Part shown: positions 1-9,814 of the stretch, one piece after another
How positions within the stretch are numbered: the first letter of the stretch is position 1
Layout: each line of letters starts with the position of its first letter
Virus record (IMG/VR): IMGVR_UViG_3300043427_002668
Reading direction: 5' to 3' (one strand)
Length of the DNA stretch: 64,000 bases
Source: a virus
Lineage: Duplodnaviria > Caudoviricetes
Notes under the pieces: model-generated
What the model saw: only the letters and a program-made list of their open reading frames with translations
Told to the model about the DNA's origin: nothing
The model's database searches: none
Position numbers and translations under genes: made by a program

Positions 1-37
1 AAAAGCAGTTGAGATGCCTAAGGGTGGTGAAATATAA
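1..37 (+). CDS. gp20: 3' end of portal protein gp20 (partial)
   Basis: Reads KAVEMPKGGEI*; T4-like gene order places the portal upstream of the prohead genes. Confidence 0.55.
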   Translation, partial: KAVEMPKGGEI

Positions 38-40
38 ATA
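33..40 (+). promoter_or_regulatory. T4-type late promoter TATAAATA
   Basis: Exact TATAAATA 28 nt upstream of a head-module ATG; gp55 is encoded in the window. Confidence 0.7.
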
Positions 41-68
41 GAAACGACTCTTAATTTGGTTTATAAAA

Positions 69-230
69 ATGGATGATTTACTGGATATGATTGCTTCTGA
101 TGAGTCTGCGTCGAATATCAGCGATAAAATCAAAGATCTTTTATTCTCAAAGGCATCAGAAAAAATCGATGAAGTTCGCCCTGCAGTGGCAATGAGTATG
201 TTTGGTCAAGAGGAACAGGAAGAGGAATGA
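69..230 (+). CDS. small acidic prohead core protein (gp67-like position), 53 aa
   Basis: Read manually: MDDLLDMIASDESASNISDKIKDLLFSKASEKIDEVRPAVAMSMFGQEEQEEE; lies between portal and gp21. Confidence 0.65.
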   Translation: MDDLLDMIASDESASNISDKIKDLLFSKASEKIDEVRPAVAMSMFGQEEQEEE

Positions 231-231
231 T

Positions 232-552
232 ATGAAATCTTTCAAGCAATTTATCTCAGAATCGGTTAATATTGCTGGTGATTTCACAGGAAATCTTTAT
301 ATTAATTCTCAACCAGAACCACAACAACAAGTTGGTGAAGAATATGTTGCGGACATAATCTGGGAAGGGAACTTATATCGTTTAGAGTTAATTACTAAAA
401 ACGGAATTCCATCTACTAGAGAACTTGGTGAACAGTTGCAATCCAATTATCCTGGTGCAATCGTTCATCAAATTTATCCGGTGATAGAAAAGAATTTAAA
501 CATAAAGAACGCGCAGAGATATCATCCATCAAAATTGGAATGGATTGATTGA
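232..552 (+). CDS. hypothetical virion/internal head protein
   Basis: ATG at 232 gives MKSFKQFISES, resembling a T4 capsid-targeting sequence; ORF track start 202 overlaps the upstream gene. Confidence 0.7.
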   Translation: MKSFKQFISESVNIAGDFTGNLYINSQPEPQQQVGEEYVADIIWEGNLYRLELITKNGIPSTRELGEQLQSNYPGAIVHQIYPVIEKNLNIKNAQRYHPSKLEWID

Positions 553-554
553 TT

Positions 555-1286
555 ATGGGGTTTAAAAGCTATATTTGGGATGAACAATTTGATTTAAATG
601 TTGCTCTTGGTAGAGTTCGTGGTGCATCATCTATTCATAAGTTTGGAGCTACTCCTCTACAGTCAAATAACACTACAGCAACTGTATGGGATAAACCAGA
701 TACTCTATATCCATGGACAGCATTTAACACTCCAGGAGTTCTCGTTGCAGGACAAGCAAATGCATCCGATGATGGTAAGCAAGTTACTATTATTGGGTTA
801 GATGAAAATTGGAACGAAATAACAGAAATTTTTACTCTATCCAGCGCAGCAACGGTATCCGGAACTAAAACATTCAAAAGAGTTTATCGTGGTTATGTTT
901 CTAGTGGTGGACAAAATATAGGAAATGTTAGTTTTAATAGAGATGGAACTGAGGTTCTTAGAATTACTGCAGGTCTTGGTCAAACTTTAATGTCAATATA
1001 CAGTGTTCCTGCAGGATACACTGCTTTTCTTTATCAAGGAACAGCATCTACTCAAGTTGGTGCTGATGGGACTGGATTTATGTACGTAAGATATACTGAC
1101 GAAACTGTATTTAGAGTTGGGCATACATTTGAGGTTGATGGTTCTGGCGGACAATATTTTTATAAATTTGCATTTCCTCAAAGGATACCAGAAAAGAGTG
1201 ACGTAGATATTCGAATTACAAGTAGATCTAATAATGGAAGATTTACTGCGGCATTTGATATACTTTTAATCAAAAATGAATTATGA
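555..1286 (+). CDS. hypothetical protein, probably structural
   Basis: About 243-aa beta-rich ORF inside the head module. Confidence 0.7.
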   Translation: MGFKSYIWDEQFDLNVALGRVRGASSIHKFGATPLQSNNTTATVWDKPDTLYPWTAFNTPGVLVAGQANASDDGKQVTIIGLDENWNEITEIFTLSSAATVSGTKTFKRVYRGYVSSGGQNIGNVSFNRDGTEVLRITAGLGQTLMSIYSVPAGYTAFLYQGTASTQVGADGTGFMYVRYTDETVFRVGHTFEVDGSGGQYFYKFAFPQRIPEKSDVDIRITSRSNNGRFTAAFDILLIKNEL

Positions 1287-1329
1287 GAGATAATTCAAAT
1301 AATAAATAACTAATAATAATCATATACAA

Positions 1330-1596
1330 ATGCAAAGGACAAAAGTATTTGAAACTGAAGAGGCAACTGGTTCTTCGGCGGGTGCGGCAACTAGTATTAG
1401 TAATGCCACTTGCATCAGATTGCATAATACAACTTCTGGTATTGTTACAGTTGGTGTTTCAACGATTGTTGGAGCAGCAACTACAATTTATTTTTCTATG
1501 CCAGGAAACTCGGTTGAGTTTTTAGAAAAACTCCCAACAGATGTTATTTGGACATCTTCAGCAATTAAGGCATCAAAAGTAGGATTTACCAACTAA
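1330..1596 (+). CDS. hypothetical small structural protein
   Basis: 88-aa Thr/Ala/Ser-rich ORF immediately before gp21. Confidence 0.7.
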   Translation: MQRTKVFETEEATGSSAGAATSISNATCIRLHNTTSGIVTVGVSTIVGAATTIYFSMPGNSVEFLEKLPTDVIWTSSAIKASKVGFTN

Positions 1597-1600
1597 GAAA

Positions 1601-2251
1601 ATGAAACTTATCACCGAAGAAATAGAATCAGTAGAAGTTATTACCGAAGAAAAGAACGGTCAAAAAACTCTTTATATTCAAGGTCCTTTTCTACAAACTG
1701 AAGTTGTAAACAGGAATGGTAGAATGTACCGTATGCCTGTTATGGAAAGGGAAGTACGGCGTTATACAGAACAGTATGTAAATAAAGGTCGTGCTCTTGG
1801 TGAATTAGGGCATCCAGATGGGCCAACTGTAAATTTGGATCGTGTTTCTCATAAGATTGTTGAACTTCGTCGTGAGGGAAATAACTTCATTGGTAAGGCA
1901 CAAATTCTTTCTACCCCAATGGGTAAGATTGCAGAATCACTTCTTAAAGAAGGAGTGACTCTGGGAGTTTCTTCTCGCGGTATTGGTTCGGTGAGACCAA
2001 CAAGAGAGGGATATACTGAAGTTGGCGAAGACTTTATGTTAGCAACTGCTGCTGATATTGTTGCCGATCCTTCTGCTCCCGATGCATTCGTTCAAGGAAT
2101 TATGGAAGGCAAAGAATGGGTATGGGATGGTGGAATGCTAAGAGAAAGGGTAGCGGAAAACACTAAACGTAGAATAAATACTCTAGTTGATGAGGGTATT
2201 TTAGAAGAGTATAAATTATCTCTCTTCATCGAGTTCTTAAACTCATTGTAA
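1601..2251 (+). CDS. gp21: prohead protease gp21
   Basis: MKLITE start; NRNGRMY, ALGELGHP, GVSSRGIGS and DIVADPSAPDA motifs. Confidence 0.97.
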   Translation: MKLITEEIESVEVITEEKNGQKTLYIQGPFLQTEVVNRNGRMYRMPVMEREVRRYTEQYVNKGRALGELGHPDGPTVNLDRVSHKIVELRREGNNFIGKAQILSTPMGKIAESLLKEGVTLGVSSRGIGSVRPTREGYTEVGEDFMLATAADIVADPSAPDAFVQGIMEGKEWVWDGGMLRERVAENTKRRINTLVDEGILEEYKLSLFIEFLNSL

Positions 2252-2261
2252 TTTATTAAAT

Positions 2262-2269
2262 TATAAATA
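2262..2269 (+). promoter_or_regulatory. late promoter TATAAATA for gp22/gp23
   Basis: Exact consensus upstream of the scaffold gene. Confidence 0.75.
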
Positions 2270-2307
2270 AATATAGTTTATAACTAAAGGTTAAACGGAG
2301 AGTTCAA

Positions 2308-3468
2308 ATGTCTCGTGGAGATTTACAAGAAATGGAAGTAGGCACAAAGCAATCCAGAACCGCTGTTAATGCAAATGCAAAAGCGGCAGACGCGATGCCA
2401 AAACTATCAGGCAATATTCCTGATGGTCAAACAGCAGGTTGGGAAGATCTTGGTGGCCCAACGCCAGAAAATTATAAGTCTGATGATGATTCAGCAAAAC
2501 TCAAAACACCAGGATCAACTCTTAAGCAAGTTAAGGATGTTGTAAATAAGGGTGCTGGTGCTGCTGATGCAATGAAAGGAATGAAAGAGGAAGAAGAACT
2601 CGAAGATGAGGACCTCATCGAAGAAGAAACCGAAGAAGAGGAAATCGTAGAAGCTAAGGAAGAAGAAGAGGAAGAAGAGGGCGGTAAGAAAAAAGAGGAA
2701 GAAGAAAAGGAAGAAGAGGGCGGTAAGAAGAAAATGGAAGAAGAGTTTGACATCGAAGAAGATGTTAATGCTCTTCTAGAAGGTGAAGAACTCTCAGAAG
2801 AGTTCCAAGAGAAGGCACGTATTATCTTCGAAGCTGCTATTAATTCTAGAGTTTCTCAAATTCAAGAAGCAATCGAAGAGCAATATGCAAATGCTCTTGC
2901 TGAAGAAGTTGCAGAAATTAAGTCTCAACTTTCTGAGCGTGTAGACGCTTATCTTGAGTATGTTGCTGATGAGTGGATGCAAGAAAATTCACTCGTTATC
3001 GAACAAGGTCTTAAGACCGAAATGACCGAATCATTCCTCCAAGGAATGAAGGGTCTTTTTGAAGAACATTATGTATCAATCCCTGAAGATAAATATGATG
3101 TGCTTGAGAGCATGGTAGAAAAACTTGATGAAATGGAGACAAAACTCAACGAGCAAATCGAAAAGAATGTTTCCCTAAACAAGCGTCTCGCAGAGGCGGT
3201 TGCGGATGGAATCTTTGAACAAGTCACTGAAGGTCTTGCAGACACTCAGAAAGACAAGCTCGCTTCACTTGCCGAAAGTGTTGAGTTTGAAAGTGAAGAA
3301 GAATATCGTGAAAAACTGGAGACTTTGAAGGAATCATATTTCCCTTCAAGAGTTGTTTCTCCAAAAACTAAAGCAGATACTCTTTCAGAAGGAGTAAGCT
3401 CTGATTATGAGTCACACTCACCATCAATGGCTGCTTATCTCAAGAGTCTCTCAGCATTTAGTAAATAA
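2308..3468 (+). CDS. gp22: prohead core scaffolding protein gp22
   Basis: Very acidic coiled-coil ORF between gp21 and gp23; VDAYLEYVADEW motif. Confidence 0.93.
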   Translation: MSRGDLQEMEVGTKQSRTAVNANAKAADAMPKLSGNIPDGQTAGWEDLGGPTPENYKSDDDSAKLKTPGSTLKQVKDVVNKGAGAADAMKGMKEEEELEDEDLIEEETEEEEIVEAKEEEEEEEGGKKKEEEEKEEEGGKKKMEEEFDIEEDVNALLEGEELSEEFQEKARIIFEAAINSRVSQIQEAIEEQYANALAEEVAEIKSQLSERVDAYLEYVADEWMQENSLVIEQGLKTEMTESFLQGMKGLFEEHYVSIPEDKYDVLESMVEKLDEMETKLNEQIEKNVSLNKRLAEAVADGIFEQVTEGLADTQKDKLASLAESVEFESEEEYREKLETLKESYFPSRVVSPKTKADTLSEGVSSDYESHSPSMAAYLKSLSAFSK

Positions 3469-3528
3469 TTGAATTTAATATAATTCAAACCCAAAAAACA
3501 AACACTTAGTAAACAAAGGTAAACGCAA

Positions 3529-4962
3529 ATGTTTCATTCAGAACATCTGCAGGAAAAGTGGGCACCTCTCTTAGACTATCAGGGTCTTGATCCAATCAAA
3601 GATTCTCATCGTAGAGCTGTAACCGCTGTCCTGCTCGAAAACCAAGAAAAATTCCTCAGAGAGCAAAGTGCATTTGAGCACGGTTCCATGAATATGCTCA
3701 TGGAAGCTCCAACCAATAGTGGTAACGCTGCTGGTGCATCAGGTGCATTTGGTGGTAGTGCTGCTGCAGGTGGTCCTACCGCAGGTTTTGATCCAGTTCT
3801 AATTTCACTCATTCGCCGTTCAATGCCTAACCTGGTCGCTTATGACCTGGCTGGCGTTCAACCAATGAGTGGTCCTACTGGACTCATCTTCGCAATGCGC
3901 TCACGCTACACCAATCAAAGTGGCACCGAGACCTTCTACAATGAAGTAGATTCTTCATTCTCAGGTCAGGATGCTGGGTTTGACGTTACTGCTGGTTTCG
4001 CACAAACCTCAACTGGTATTGGTACTACCACTCAGAGAGGCGATAACCCATCTGTCCTCAACGCTGCTTCAGTTGCTGCTGGTGACTATAACGTCGGTAG
4101 CGGAATGCCAACAGGCGATTCAGAGAACCTTGATGGTACCGGAAGCAATGCTTTCAACCAGATGGCATTCTCAATTGAGAAAGTCACGGTTACTGCAAAG
4201 TCACGCGCTCTGAAAGCCGAGTACTCACTTGAGCTCGCTCAAGACCTTAAAGCAATCCACGGTCTGAATGCTGAAGCGGAATTAGCAAACATTCTCTCAA
4301 CTGAGATTCTTGCTGAGATCAACCGCGAAGTTATTCGTACCATTTACATGGTTGCTGAAAAGGGTGCTTCCCAGAACGTTGCTACCGCTGGTGTATTTGA
4401 CCTCGACGTTGACTCCAATGGTCGTTGGTCGGTTGAAAAGTTCAAGGGTCTTCTGTTCCAAATTGAGAGAGATGCTAACGCTATCGCTCAAAGAACTCGT
4501 AGAGGAAAGGGCAACATCATCATGTGCTCTGCTGACGTTGCTTCAGCACTGACCATGGCTGGTGTTCTCGACTACACCCCTGCACTCAACGCTAATCTCC
4601 AGGTAGACGACACTGGCAACACCTTTGCTGGTACTCTGATGGGTAAGTATCGCGTATATATCGATCCTTATTCAGCAAACCTCACCGCAGCTAATGGTGC
4701 TCCAACAGGTGGCAACCAGTACTACGTTGTTGGTTATAAGGGTTCTTCACCTTATGACGCTGGACTCTTCTATTGTCCTTATGTTCCTCTCCAAATGGTT
4801 CGTGCCGTTGGCGAGAACTCCTTCCAGCCCAAGATTGGCTTCAAGACCCGTTATGGTCTCGTTGCTAACCCATTCGCAGAAGGAACCACTCAGGGTCTTG
4901 GTCGTCTCACAACCAACAGCAACCGCTACTACAGAAGAGTTGCTGTTAAGAACCTCATGTGA
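3529..4962 (+). CDS. gp23: major capsid protein gp23
   Basis: GVQPMSGPTGLIFAMRSRY, KSRALKAEYSLELAQDLKAIHGL and FQPKIGFKTRYG motifs. Confidence 0.99.
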   Translation: MFHSEHLQEKWAPLLDYQGLDPIKDSHRRAVTAVLLENQEKFLREQSAFEHGSMNMLMEAPTNSGNAAGASGAFGGSAAAGGPTAGFDPVLISLIRRSMPNLVAYDLAGVQPMSGPTGLIFAMRSRYTNQSGTETFYNEVDSSFSGQDAGFDVTAGFAQTSTGIGTTTQRGDNPSVLNAASVAAGDYNVGSGMPTGDSENLDGTGSNAFNQMAFSIEKVTVTAKSRALKAEYSLELAQDLKAIHGLNAEAELANILSTEILAEINREVIRTIYMVAEKGASQNVATAGVFDLDVDSNGRWSVEKFKGLLFQIERDANAIAQRTRRGKGNIIMCSADVASALTMAGVLDYTPALNANLQVDDTGNTFAGTLMGKYRVYIDPYSANLTAANGAPTGGNQYYVVGYKGSSPYDAGLFYCPYVPLQMVRAVGENSFQPKIGFKTRYGLVANPFAEGTTQGLGRLTTNSNRYYRRVAVKNLM

Positions 4963-4983
4963 GTCATTTCACATAAATTACTC

Positions 4984-5009
4984 AGAGACCCGAAAGGGTC
5001 TCTTTTTTT
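4984..5009 (+). terminator. intrinsic terminator after gp23
   Basis: AGAGACCC-GAAA-GGGTCTCT followed by a T6 tract. Confidence 0.9.
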
Positions 5010-5029
5010 ATCTAAATACTTAAAAAAAG

Positions 5030-5587
5030 ATGACTAGAGGACAGATTGAGAATAGAAATTATCTATCTCCAACAGGGTTTAAATTCTCTTTGGTAAGAGA
5101 ACCTAAGGTTGCTTTTTTTTGTAATCAGGCAAATATACCAGATTTAAATCTTGGAGTTGCTACTCAACCCTCATACACAAAAATGCTCCCAACTCCAGGA
5201 GACATTATTGAGTTTGGAGATTTAAATTTACGTTTTCTTGTTGATGAAAATCTTGAGAATTATATGGCAATTCAAAATTGGATACGTGGTCTTGGATTCC
5301 CAGAAAGGTTGGAGCAATTTGGTGAACTAGAAAGACAAGGAATGGCGAGAGGTAATTATGTAAAAGATAGACAAAATATTTACTCTGATGGAACTTTACA
5401 GGTTCTTACAAGTAGTCAAGTTCCAAATTTTAAAATAATTTTTAAGGATTTATTTCCATATACTTTATCAACTCTAACTTTTGATGCAACAGATACAGAT
5501 ATTCAGTACTTTACTGCAGAGGTTAGTTTCAAGTATACTATCTATGATATAGTAGATTTGAGCGGAAACCCATTATATGGATATTAG
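5030..5587 (+). CDS. gp3: tail completion/tail tube terminator gp3-like
   Basis: NYLSPTGFKF...ANIPDL...DENLENY motifs; conserved position after gp23. Confidence 0.85.
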   Translation: MTRGQIENRNYLSPTGFKFSLVREPKVAFFCNQANIPDLNLGVATQPSYTKMLPTPGDIIEFGDLNLRFLVDENLENYMAIQNWIRGLGFPERLEQFGELERQGMARGNYVKDRQNIYSDGTLQVLTSSQVPNFKIIFKDLFPYTLSTLTFDATDTDIQYFTAEVSFKYTIYDIVDLSGNPLYGY

Positions 5588-6014
5588 TCTTGATAAAATT
5601 CAGGAGATGTGGGAGAAAGATTCCAACATTGACATTGACAATTTACATACGGAATCTTTAAATATTCCAATTCTCCACGCAAAATATTTTGATTTATATA
5701 ATACAATATTTCTTTTGAGAAAAAAGGCGGAGCAGCAAAAAAGAAATATAAGACATGAAAGATACGAATATTATTCGGGAAAAGCAGATCCAGATGTATA
5801 TGTAGAAAATCCATTTCCAAAGAAAATTAGGGATAAAGATACAATGCAAAAATATCTTGATGCGGATGAAAAACTTTCTACGGTATGTTTGAAAATTGAT
5901 TATTATGATACAATGCTTGTTTATATTGAGAGTATTCTCAAAATGATTCAAAACAGAACTTATCAAATCAAAAATTCTATTGAATTTATGCGATTTAACT
6001 CTGGATTGGGGTAA
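5577..6014 (+). CDS. uvsY: recombination mediator UvsY
   Basis: LHAKY...YYSGKA...RTYQIKNSIEF; upstream of uvsW. Confidence 0.88.
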   Translation: MDISLDKIQEMWEKDSNIDIDNLHTESLNIPILHAKYFDLYNTIFLLRKKAEQQKRNIRHERYEYYSGKADPDVYVENPFPKKIRDKDTMQKYLDADEKLSTVCLKIDYYDTMLVYIESILKMIQNRTYQIKNSIEFMRFNSGLG

Positions 6015-6029
6015 ATAAATACTCATAGC

Positions 6030-7514
6030 ATGATGAATGTTATGAGTGACGTAATTATTGAAAAGAAAAATGAAGTCTTCGTAAAACTTCAATGTGAACC
6101 ACACATTCTATACGAACTTCAACCATATTTTACCTTTGAGGTTGAGTCTGCAAAATTCATGTCTCAGTATAGAAGCAGACACTGGGATGGAAAGATCAGA
6201 CTCTTAAGCACTCATACTGGAGAGATTTACGTCGGACTACTTGATAAAGTCATCGATAAACTTTCTCTGCATAATTATACTTACGAATTTAGAGAAAATA
6301 AATTCTACGGGCAACCATATGAGATCAATGAAACCATCTCATATGAAGGTGTCAAGGATTATATGAGCTCCATATGTTCTCATTCTCCCAGACAATACCA
6401 AATTGAGGGAGTATATGATGCTCTAAGACACAACCGAAAACTGCTGATATCACCAACTGCCTCAGGCAAATCTCTGATGATTTATTCAATCGTGAGATAT
6501 TATGTAGATAAAGGGCAAAAAATTCTTTTAGTTGTTCCAACGACATCTCTTGTAGAGCAGATGTATAAGGATTTTCAGGATTATGGTTGGGATGCTGAGT
6601 CATACTGTCACAGAATTTATTCAGGTAGAGAAAAGACGAATGAGTATCCCGTTACAATTACCACTTGGCAATCAGTATACAAATTAGAACGTTCATTCTT
6701 TGAAGATTATAATGTAATTATAGGAGATGAAGCTCATCTATTCAAGAGCAAGTCACTTGTTGAAATCATGACGAAACTTCATCATGCAAAGTATCGGTTT
6801 GGATTTACAGGAACTCTTGACGGAACTCAAACTCATAAATGGGTTCTAGAAGGATTGTTTGGTCCATCATACAAAGTCACAAAGACTGATGAACTAATGC
6901 GTCAAGGACATCTCTCTCAATTAGATATTCAATGTATTGTTCTGAAGCATCCTCCACAAAAATTTGAAAAGTATGAGGATGAAATTCAATATCTCATTTC
7001 CCACGATCAAAGAAATAAATTTATTACCAACCTTACTCTTGATTTAAAAGGAAATACTCTTGTCCTGTTTTCTAGAGTAGAAGCACACGGATCAATACTC
7101 TATGAAAAGATAAATAACAATAAGCGAGATGATCGTAAAGTATTTTTCATTCATGGTGGAGTTGATACTGAAGAAAGAGAATTAGTCAGAGAAATTACTG
7201 AAAGAGAAAACAATGCAGTCATTGTAGCTTCTTATGGAACTTTCTCTACAGGTATTAATATTAAAAATCTACACAATGTAATTTTTGCTTCCCCAAGCAA
7301 ATCAAGGATTCGCAATCTTCAGTCAATCGGAAGAGTTTTAAGAAAGGGAAAAAACAAAACAAAAGCAGTTCTTTATGATATTGCTGATGATTGCACTTAC
7401 AACTCAAGGAAAAACTATACCCTTAATCACCTCATAGAAAGAATTAAAATCTATAATGAAGAAAACTTTAACTATGAAATAATCACTATACAACTTAAGA
7501 AAAATGGGAATTGA
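6030..7514 (+). CDS. uvsW: SF2 helicase UvsW
   Basis: SPTASGKS (motif I), DEAH, GFTGT and QSIGRVLR. Confidence 0.96.
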   Translation: MMNVMSDVIIEKKNEVFVKLQCEPHILYELQPYFTFEVESAKFMSQYRSRHWDGKIRLLSTHTGEIYVGLLDKVIDKLSLHNYTYEFRENKFYGQPYEINETISYEGVKDYMSSICSHSPRQYQIEGVYDALRHNRKLLISPTASGKSLMIYSIVRYYVDKGQKILLVVPTTSLVEQMYKDFQDYGWDAESYCHRIYSGREKTNEYPVTITTWQSVYKLERSFFEDYNVIIGDEAHLFKSKSLVEIMTKLHHAKYRFGFTGTLDGTQTHKWVLEGLFGPSYKVTKTDELMRQGHLSQLDIQCIVLKHPPQKFEKYEDEIQYLISHDQRNKFITNLTLDLKGNTLVLFSRVEAHGSILYEKINNNKRDDRKVFFIHGGVDTEERELVREITERENNAVIVASYGTFSTGINIKNLHNVIFASPSKSRIRNLQSIGRVLRKGKNKTKAVLYDIADDCTYNSRKNYTLNHLIERIKIYNEENFNYEIITIQLKKNGN

Positions 7515-7899
7515 AGAAGACTTTTATGCAACACTCAAACTAAAGACTGGTGAAGAAATCTTTGCTAAAGTAGCAGCTTCTGAAGAAGAAGATAGAACAA
7601 TTTTAATTGTTTCTAATCCAATCACTGTATGCGAACTTAAAGGAAGAAATGGAATAGTTGGATATAAAATAGAACCTTGGTTAAAAACAACCACTGAAGA
7701 TATGTTTATTTTAAATTTAAATGATATTTTAACTATGTCTGAATCTTCAGACATTGAAATGATAATGATGTATCAAAACTATATACGTCAATCCTCTAAA
7801 GAAGGAAGCAATCATTCCCAAATTACTCGCAGAATGGGATACATTGCTAATGTCAATGACGCTAAGGAAATCTTAGAGAAACTCTATAAAAATAGCTAA
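7504..7899 (+). CDS. conserved hypothetical (possible Sm-like fold)
   Basis: LKLKTGEEIFAKV N-terminus; lies between uvsW and gp55. Confidence 0.7.
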   Translation: MGIEEDFYATLKLKTGEEIFAKVAASEEEDRTILIVSNPITVCELKGRNGIVGYKIEPWLKTTTEDMFILNLNDILTMSESSDIEMIMMYQNYIRQSSKEGSNHSQITRRMGYIANVNDAKEILEKLYKNS

Positions 7900-7949
7900 G
7901 CCCATCCTTTCAACCCCGACAAAGGTTATTGTACTGAGGTTTAAGAGTC

Positions 7950-7978
7950 TTGTCAAGCATTTCTATGAGTGTTATAAT
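7950..7978 (+). promoter_or_regulatory. sigma70-like early promoter for gp55
   Basis: TTGTCA-N17-TATAAT. Confidence 0.65.
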
Positions 7979-8003
7979 ACCTACATATTAATGATAAAAA
8001 CTT

Positions 8004-8498
8004 ATGATAACCACAGCAGTCATGACCAAAAGAAAGAGGTCAGAGCATTATGTAAACAACAAAGAGTTTCTTGCTGCTCTAATTAAGTATCGTGAGGATA
8101 TTGAAATCGCACAACTTCAGGACAAACCAAAACCCCCTATTCCCCGCTACATTGGTGAGTGCTTCTTGAAGATCGCAAATCATCTCTCCTTTAAGCCCAA
8201 CTTTGTAAATTACATGTTTAAGGAAGACATGATTTCCGATGGGATTGAAAATTGCGTTCAGTATATTCACAACTTCAATCCTGAGAAGTCACAAAACCCG
8301 TTTGCTTACTTCACCCAAATCATTCACTACGCTTTCCTTCGTCGTATTCAAAGAGAGAAGCGTCAGTTAGAAATCAAAAACAAAATTCTTGAGCGTTCAG
8401 GATATTCTGAGGTTTTTGATGACAACAGTATTGACGGATCCAACTACAGCGACTATAATAGCATTAAAGATGCAGTGCATTCTAAACTTCGTTATTGA
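8004..8498 (+). CDS. gp55: late-transcription sigma factor gp55
   Basis: HYVNNKEFL, YIGECFLKIA, DMISDGIENC and NPFAYFTQI motifs. Confidence 0.96.
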   Translation: MITTAVMTKRKRSEHYVNNKEFLAALIKYREDIEIAQLQDKPKPPIPRYIGECFLKIANHLSFKPNFVNYMFKEDMISDGIENCVQYIHNFNPEKSQNPFAYFTQIIHYAFLRRIQREKRQLEIKNKILERSGYSEVFDDNSIDGSNYSDYNSIKDAVHSKLRY

Positions 8499-9539
8499 AT
8501 GAAAGTCGCTATTATCACGGATCAGCATTTCGGTGCAAGAAAAAACTCAAAACTTTTTCACGATTATTTTCTGAAGTTCTACAATGATGTATTTTTCCCG
8601 ACGCTGGAACAGTACGGGATTACCACAGTCATTGATATGGGCGATACATTTGATAGTCGTAAAGGTATTGATTTTTCAGCACTTTCATGGGCTAAAAATC
8701 ATTACTATGATAGACTCCAAGAAATGGGAGTAAAAATTCACACTATTGTAGGAAATCATACTGCTTATTATAAGAATACAAACGAAGTAAATGCTGTGGA
8801 TTTACTTCTTCGTGAGTACGATAATGTAACAGTTTATTCGGAACCAACTGAGATTTTTTTGGATAAACTCAAAGTACTTTTTATACCCTGGATTAATCAG
8901 GAAAATGAAGAAAAGACTCTCAAACTCATTCAAAAGACAACTTGCCCTTGCGCGATGGGACACCTTGAACTTCATGGATTTAGAGTCAATCGACAAATCG
9001 TTATGGAACATGGTTTGGATAGCAAGTTATTTGAGAAGTTTAAGCGTGTCTACTCAGGTCACTATCACACTAGATCGACTAATGGAACCGTCTTCTACTT
9101 AGGAAATCCTTATGAGATTTATTGGACGGATGTAGGTGATACTCGCGGGTTTACTATCTTTGATACTGAAACTCTAGAGCACGAACCAATCAATAATCCT
9201 TATAGAATGTTCCACAACATTTACTATGAGGATACTAATTATCAAACTTTTGATACGCGAGATTATGAAAATAAAATCGTAAAAGTTGTTGTCCGAAAAA
9301 AGACAGATACTAAAAAGTTTGAGAAGTTCATTGATAAACTTTATTCCTCTAATATTGCTGAACTTAAGATTGTTGAAAATTTTGAGATTCAAGAATCTGC
9401 AGATTTTGAAGCATTTGAATCAGAAGATACACTTTCAATTCTGAATAGATATATTGAGGAGGCAGAAGTCAATCTTGATAAATCTGTAGTTCAAAAAATA
9501 CTTCAAGAAGTTTATCAAGAAGCATGTGAATTAGTTTAA
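8499..9539 (+). CDS. gp47: recombination nuclease gp47 (Mre11/SbcD-like)
   Basis: TDQHFG, GDTFD, GNH and SGHYH metallophosphoesterase motifs. Confidence 0.96.
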   Translation: MKVAIITDQHFGARKNSKLFHDYFLKFYNDVFFPTLEQYGITTVIDMGDTFDSRKGIDFSALSWAKNHYYDRLQEMGVKIHTIVGNHTAYYKNTNEVNAVDLLLREYDNVTVYSEPTEIFLDKLKVLFIPWINQENEEKTLKLIQKTTCPCAMGHLELHGFRVNRQIVMEHGLDSKLFEKFKRVYSGHYHTRSTNGTVFYLGNPYEIYWTDVGDTRGFTIFDTETLEHEPINNPYRMFHNIYYEDTNYQTFDTRDYENKIVKVVVRKKTDTKKFEKFIDKLYSSNIAELKIVENFEIQESADFEAFESEDTLSILNRYIEEAEVNLDKSVVQKILQEVYQEACELV

Positions 9540-9814
9540 TGTTTATTCTAACAATTAACGGCAGAGAAACTGAAGGTGCATATTCTGTAATGGATGATGA
9601 GGGAGAACATATCCTTTATCTTTTTCAAGAAGAAGATGATGCAACACGATATGCTATGATGTTAGAAGAAGATGGATATCCAGAAATGCACGTAATTGAA
9701 ATTGAAGATGAAGTTATGATAAAAACTTGTGAACTTCATGGATATCAATATACATTAATTACTCCAGATGACATTGTTATTCCTCCAAGTAATGTGACTC
9801 ATGATTTTATTTAA
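9539..9814 (+). CDS. conserved hypothetical
   Basis: 91-aa ORF translationally coupled between gp47 and gp46. Confidence 0.75.
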   Translation: MFILTINGRETEGAYSVMDDEGEHILYLFQEEDDATRYAMMLEEDGYPEMHVIEIEDEVMIKTCELHGYQYTLITPDDIVIPPSNVTHDFI

